A stretch of 63,681 bases of DNA, the filler included, from Sphingomonadaceae bacterium (GTDB lineage Bacteria; Chloroflexota; UBA6077), in the NCBI GenBank assembly GCA_050261575.1. It is 3 parts of 3 records of this genome, joined end to end, with 100 filler letters (N's around TTAATTAATTAA, not from the genome) between each part and the next. Parts side by side here need not be neighbours in the genome. Positions count along the whole stretch, not along the records: positions 54,296 to 63,681 come from JBLNDL010000079.1; 2 more parts are not named here. One strand, written 5' to 3'. Shown here in pieces: positions 59,567-63,681 of this stretch. Positions within the stretch are counted from its first letter, which is position 1; each line of letters begins with the position of its first letter. Below the pieces are notes generated by a model that saw only the letters and a list, made by a program, of their open reading frames with translations, had not been told where the DNA came from and searched no databases. The position numbers and the translations under genes are program-made.

Positions 59567-60760
59567 ATGAATCCACTCCTCCTTGCGTGGAGGAACGCCA
59601 ACGGAAACCCCTTTAGGAGTTGGGTGATAGCGATCTGCTCGGCCCTGATGGCAGGCTTTGCCGTCTCGGCCAGCATCGTGGTAGGCGGCGCCCAGAACAG
59701 CCTGCAGTTGGCCCTGCAACGGCTAGGCGCCGACATTATCGTGGTTCCCGAGGGAACCGAGGAGAGCATGGAGAACGCGTTCCTGATGGGCGTGCCGGCC
59801 AAAGCCTGGATGCCCAGGTCCGTGGTGGAAGGCGTCGCCACCATCCCAGAGGTCGAGGCGGTATCGCCGCAGCTCTTCCTCTCTTCCCTGCGCGGCGCCA
59901 CCTGCTGCTCCGTGCCCGAGATGTTCCTGGTGGCCTACGAGCCCGAGACGGACTTCACACTTCGCCCATGGCTCGAGGAGCACTTGGACGGAGGGCTCGG
60001 GCTGGGGGAGGCGATCGGCGGTGCGTTCGTCTACGTGCCAGCGAACCCGGGGCAGATCTACGTGTACGGCTACGGGATCGATCTGCGCGGCAATCTGGAG
60101 CAAACCGGGACCGGGATAGACCAGACCATGTTCTTCACCTTCGACACGGCGCTGGAGATCGCCCGGCAGTCTCCGTTCCTGGCAGCGGAGAGGATGGAGA
60201 TACCCCCGGACAGTGTGTCGGCCGTGATGGTGAAGCTCCGCCCAGGGGCAGACCCCAGCCGGGTTTCCTCGAGGATCCGAGCCTCGTTTCAGGGCGTTGC
60301 GCCTGTGGAGAGCACGTCCCTCTTCCGTGCACAGAGAGAGCAGTTGCCCGGGCTGCTGCGGGGCGTGGTGGTGTTGCTTGGCATCGCCTGGCTGCTGTCG
60401 GTGGCGCTGGTTGGGATGGTCTACTCCCTGGCGGTGAACGAGCGACGTCAGCAGATCGGCGTGCTGCGGGCCATTGGGTTTGGCCGCGGCTTCGTCACCC
60501 AGTCGCTGCTGGCCGAGGGGCTCATCCTGGCGTCGGCAGGCGCCGCGGGAGGGATCGCAGTCTCTGCCTACACCGTGTACCTGTTCCACGATCTGATCGT
60601 GGGCACGATGGGCATCCCGTTCCTCTTCCCGTCGACCATCGGGCTGTTCCTCCTGGCGACCGCCGCGCTGGTGCTTACCCTTGCCAGCGTTGCCCTCGGT
60701 GCGCTGGTGCCCACTCTGAAGATCGGCCGGCTGGAGCCGGCCGTAGCGATGAGGAGGTGA
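59567..60760 (+). CDS. ABC transporter permease (FtsX/MacB type), paralog with CCS motif
   Basis: RLGADIIVVP, SPQLFL..L....CCS, ERR.QIG.LRAIG. Confidence 0.9.
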   Translation: MNPLLLAWRNANGNPFRSWVIAICSALMAGFAVSASIVVGGAQNSLQLALQRLGADIIVVPEGTEESMENAFLMGVPAKAWMPRSVVEGVATIPEVEAVSPQLFLSSLRGATCCSVPEMFLVAYEPETDFTLRPWLEEHLDGGLGLGEAIGGAFVYVPANPGQIYVYGYGIDLRGNLEQTGTGIDQTMFFTFDTALEIARQSPFLAAERMEIPPDSVSAVMVKLRPGADPSRVSSRIRASFQGVAPVESTSLFRAQREQLPGLLRGVVVLLGIAWLLSVALVGMVYSLAVNERRQQIGVLRAIGFGRGFVTQSLLAEGLILASAGAAGGIAVSAYTVYLFHDLIVGTMGIPFLFPSTIGLFLLATAALVLTLASVALGALVPTLKIGRLEPAVAMRR

Positions 60761-60763
60761 GCC

Positions 60764-61489
60764 ATGGAACAGCACGACCCCATGATCTTGCTTCGCGACG
60801 TGACCAAGGTTTACCCCCTCGGAAAGGGGAAGGGCTCGATCACAGCGGTCAAGGGGCTCAACCTCGGGATCGAAAGGGGGGAGTTCGTCGTCGTTACCGG
60901 CCGCTCCGGATCGGGTAAGACGACGCTGCTGAATCTTATATCCGGCCTCGCGCGCCCGACCTCCGGAGAGGTTCGGCTGAATGGCATCGAAGTCTGGAGG
61001 CTGCCCGACGCCCGGCAATCGCTGATACGCAACCGCAACATCGGCTTCATCTTTCAGTTCCCCAGCCTCATGCCGGCACTCACCGCGCTGGAGAACGTGA
61101 TGCTGCCGGCGTTGGCCGCGCCCGTCGAAGATCGGCGCGGCGCGGAGCGCAGGGCCAGGCAACTCCTCGAGGAAGTGGGACTCGGGGACAGACTGAACGC
61201 GTTTCCTTGCCAGCTATCCGCAGGGCAGCAGCAGAGGGTAGTGGTAGCCCGGGCCTTGATCAACGAGCCGGAACTTCTGCTGGCCGACGAGCCCACCAGC
61301 AACCTGGACGAGGAGACCGAGCGCGAGATCATGGAACTGATCCGCGGGATCCATCTCCGAAGCGACATCACCGTCGTGCTCGTGACCCACAGCAGCGAAC
61401 TGGTGCGCTACGGCACCGGCCGTTTGCGAATGGCTGCGGGAGAGATCGGCACGAGCCCGGTCGCGGAAGAGAGTCTGGTTCGGATCTAG
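60764..61489 (+). CDS. ABC transporter ATP-binding protein
   Basis: GRSGSGKT, IGFIFQ, LSAGQQQR, LADEPT.NLD. Confidence 0.93.
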   Translation: MEQHDPMILLRDVTKVYPLGKGKGSITAVKGLNLGIERGEFVVVTGRSGSGKTTLLNLISGLARPTSGEVRLNGIEVWRLPDARQSLIRNRNIGFIFQFPSLMPALTALENVMLPALAAPVEDRRGAERRARQLLEEVGLGDRLNAFPCQLSAGQQQRVVVARALINEPELLLADEPTSNLDEETEREIMELIRGIHLRSDITVVLVTHSSELVRYGTGRLRMAAGEIGTSPVAEESLVRI

Positions 61490-61502
61490 GGGGAATCGGT
61501 CG

Positions 61503-63681
61503 ATGACTGCAGTCGCTGCTCGGATCCTGGTAGCACTCGTCCTGCTGATCGCCGCAACGCACACGGTGGACGCCGGCCCGACACCACCGGCCGCCGCGCA
61601 ACAACGATTCGCACCCAAGGTCTGGAGCGCCTTGCAGGGTGCTGATCCCGCCGACACGCTGTCCGTGATCGTCACCTTGAAGGACCAGGCCGACCTGCGA
61701 GGATTGGGCACGCTCCATCGGAGCGCGCGGGTACGGGGGGTGGTCGACCGTCTGCGGACGAGGGCTTCCACAGCGCAGCGACCGCTCGTCGCATCCCTCG
61801 ACCAGAAGCGGCGCGAGGGGCATTCGGTTACCGCCGTTCCGTTCTGGGTGTTCAACGGCTTCGCGCTCACCGCGAGCAAGGCCGTCATCATGGAGTTGGC
61901 GATGCGGCCGGAGGTGGCGACGATCACCGCCAACGAGACAATCCCAGCCCCTTCGGCGGTCGCCGCCGCGCCGGCCGAGCCCAACCTCACCCGAATCAAC
62001 GCCCCTGCCCTGTGGGACCTTGGATATCGGGGTCAGGGGGTGGTGGTGGCCAACCTGGACACCGGCGTGGACCTGAGTCACCCGGACCTTGCCGCCCGGT
62101 GGAGAGGGGGCACCAACAGTTGGTTCGATCCAAACGGGGAACACCCCGATGTCCCCACCGACTTGAACGGGCACGGCACCTGGACCATGGGCATCATGGT
62201 AGGCGGGGACGCGGGCGGGTCCGCGATCGGGGTGGCACCCGGGGCGACCTGGATCGCCGCCAAGATATTCAACGATGCGGGCACAGCCACCACAGCCGGG
62301 ATACACGCCGCCTTTCAGTGGCTGCTCGATCCCGACGGCGATCCGTCCACCTCAGACGCTCCCCACGTGGTGAACAACTCCTGGACCTTCGAAAGCCCCG
62401 GCTGCAACCTGGAGTTCCAGCTAGACCTCCAGGCGTTGCGGGCAGCCGGCATCCTTCCCATATTCAGCGCTGGCAACTTCGGTCCAGGGACGAACACGAG
62501 CGCCAGCCCGGCCAACAACCCCGAGGCGTTCGCCGTGGGTGCCACCGACGACTGGGACGGCATCTACTACAACAGCAGTGCCGGACCGTCTGCTTGCGGA
62601 GATGCCGACGCTCTCTTCCCAGAGCTTGTAGCGCCGGGGGTCGACGTCCTTACCACCGACCGCTTCGGCGCTTACTACTCCGGCACCGGCACGTCCCTCG
62701 CGGCCCCGCACGCGGCCGGCGCGGTGGCCCTTCTTCTATCGGCATATCCGGGCCTCAGCGTTGCCGACCAGGAGCGGGCGCTGACCGGCGCCGCCCTCGA
62801 CCTGGGGCCCACTGGGCCGGACGACACCTTCGGGCACGGGAGGCTGGACGTTCTGGCGGCATACCAGTTCCTCGAGGGCGCGGCGCATACCCCTACCGCG
62901 ACGGCGACCCCCACCACGACCGCCACACCCGAGCCGCCGACCCCCACCGCGACCGAGACCTCCACGCCCACTGCGACCCCCTCGCCCAGCCCCACACCTC
63001 GCTTCCCCGACTTCCCGGAGAACCTGCTGGCCAACCCCGGCTTCGAGGACGTCCAGGAGGGCAACCCTCTGCCCGGCTGGAGCATCACGGCCCACGCCGG
63101 GGCCGTCTCCCTGGACCCCAATGCACGTACCGGCGCCCGCTCCCTGCGCCTCTCGTCAAACTCAGGCCCCTCCTTCGCGATCTTCCAGGAGGTCCCGGCC
63201 GCCACCGAGCCGAGCTACAGCTTTCTAGGCTGGGTAAGGGTAGCCAGCGCCAGCGGCTACTTCACCTTCAGCCTGCAGCTTCAACCGATGAACGTTCACA
63301 ACGGGGTGATAAAGACCATCACCCTGGGCACGTTCTCGGCTGTGACGGAGGGGTGGCAGGAGGTGAGGGTTCCCGGGGTGGCGATGCCCGCAGGCACGGC
63401 GAAGGTGAGGCTTGTGCTGAAGCTGTTCAACCTGAAGGGGACGCTGCTGGTGGACGACCTGGTGCTGGTGCCTGGGAGCGTACCGCTCCCCACGCCGGTC
63501 GGAACGACGACTCCGACGGCGACGGCCACCGGGGAGCCGACGACGCCTACGCCGACAGACACGGCCACTCCGACCCCGACGGCCACTCCGACCGAGACAC
63601 CTCTGCCTGCCACGGAGACGCCGACCGCGACCCCCACCGCCACGGAGACCCCGACCGCCACACCCACAGCCACCCAGGACA
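61503..63681 (+). CDS. Secreted S8 subtilase with prodomain, Pro/Thr linkers and CBM4/9-like domain; runs off the window end
   Basis: Absent from the ORF track because it has no stop. ATG 61503, signal peptide, triad LDTG/HGT/GTSLAAPH, oxyanion SAGN, NLLANPGFE domain. Confidence 0.9.
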   Translation, partial: MTAVAARILVALVLLIAATHTVDAGPTPPAAAQQRFAPKVWSALQGADPADTLSVIVTLKDQADLRGLGTLHRSARVRGVVDRLRTRASTAQRPLVASLDQKRREGHSVTAVPFWVFNGFALTASKAVIMELAMRPEVATITANETIPAPSAVAAAPAEPNLTRINAPALWDLGYRGQGVVVANLDTGVDLSHPDLAARWRGGTNSWFDPNGEHPDVPTDLNGHGTWTMGIMVGGDAGGSAIGVAPGATWIAAKIFNDAGTATTAGIHAAFQWLLDPDGDPSTSDAPHVVNNSWTFESPGCNLEFQLDLQALRAAGILPIFSAGNFGPGTNTSASPANNPEAFAVGATDDWDGIYYNSSAGPSACGDADALFPELVAPGVDVLTTDRFGAYYSGTGTSLAAPHAAGAVALLLSAYPGLSVADQERALTGAALDLGPTGPDDTFGHGRLDVLAAYQFLEGAAHTPTATATPTTTATPEPPTPTATETSTPTATPSPSPTPRFPDFPENLLANPGFEDVQEGNPLPGWSITAHAGAVSLDPNARTGARSLRLSSNSGPSFAIFQEVPAATEPSYSFLGWVRVASASGYFTFSLQLQPMNVHNGVIKTITLGTFSAVTEGWQEVRVPGVAMPAGTAKVRLVLKLFNLKGTLLVDDLVLVPGSVPLPTPVGTTTPTATATGEPTTPTPTDTATPTPTATPTETPLPATETPTATPTATETPTATPTATQD

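Noticed and set aside
54296..63681. Plasmid or phage call for the terminally redundant contig
   Set aside because: No replication, partition, integration or virion genes and no room for an origin.
62887..63681. Pro/Thr codon repeats as a DNA-level repeat array
   Set aside because: Explained by protein linkers in the S8 protease.

Overview
High-GC bacterial sequence, probably Chloroflexota (inferred from the monoderm-type gene content, Pro/Thr linkers and heptamer repeats; not tested by database search). It is three contigs joined by artificial 100-nt N/TTAATTAATTAA spacers at 27826-27925 and 54196-54295. Contig 1 opens with a six-gene minus-strand KaiC-like signalling operon: two paralogous small helical proteins, three KaiC/RAD55 ATPases (one fused to a TrmB-like wHTH) and a V4R protein, with no kaiA or kaiB. 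It continues with cobB, two Bug/TctC-linked catabolic modules, a LysM-3D protein, hom-thrC, a DUF302-thioredoxin reductase operon under a CsoR-type operator, hisI-hisG, infA and Fe-S/sulfur genes. Five copies of a 65-67 bp MITE-like element are scattered through it, four abutting stop codons. Contig 2 carries housekeeping genes (secA, prs, ftsH, hpt, tilS, divIC-like), a GxxExxY remnant, an sppA-Yip1-MFP-ABC envelope-defence module and an ECF sigma/anti-sigma pair. Contig 3 is a single-strand operon (degenerate multicopper oxidase, DUF4418-like protein, FtsX/MacB ABC transporter, S8 protease) whose two ends share an identical 121-nt sequence, closing it into a 9,265-bp loop in frame through the protease gene. 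The best candidate for an undescribed system is the KaiC/V4R operon. No tRNA, rRNA or CRISPR array was recognised.
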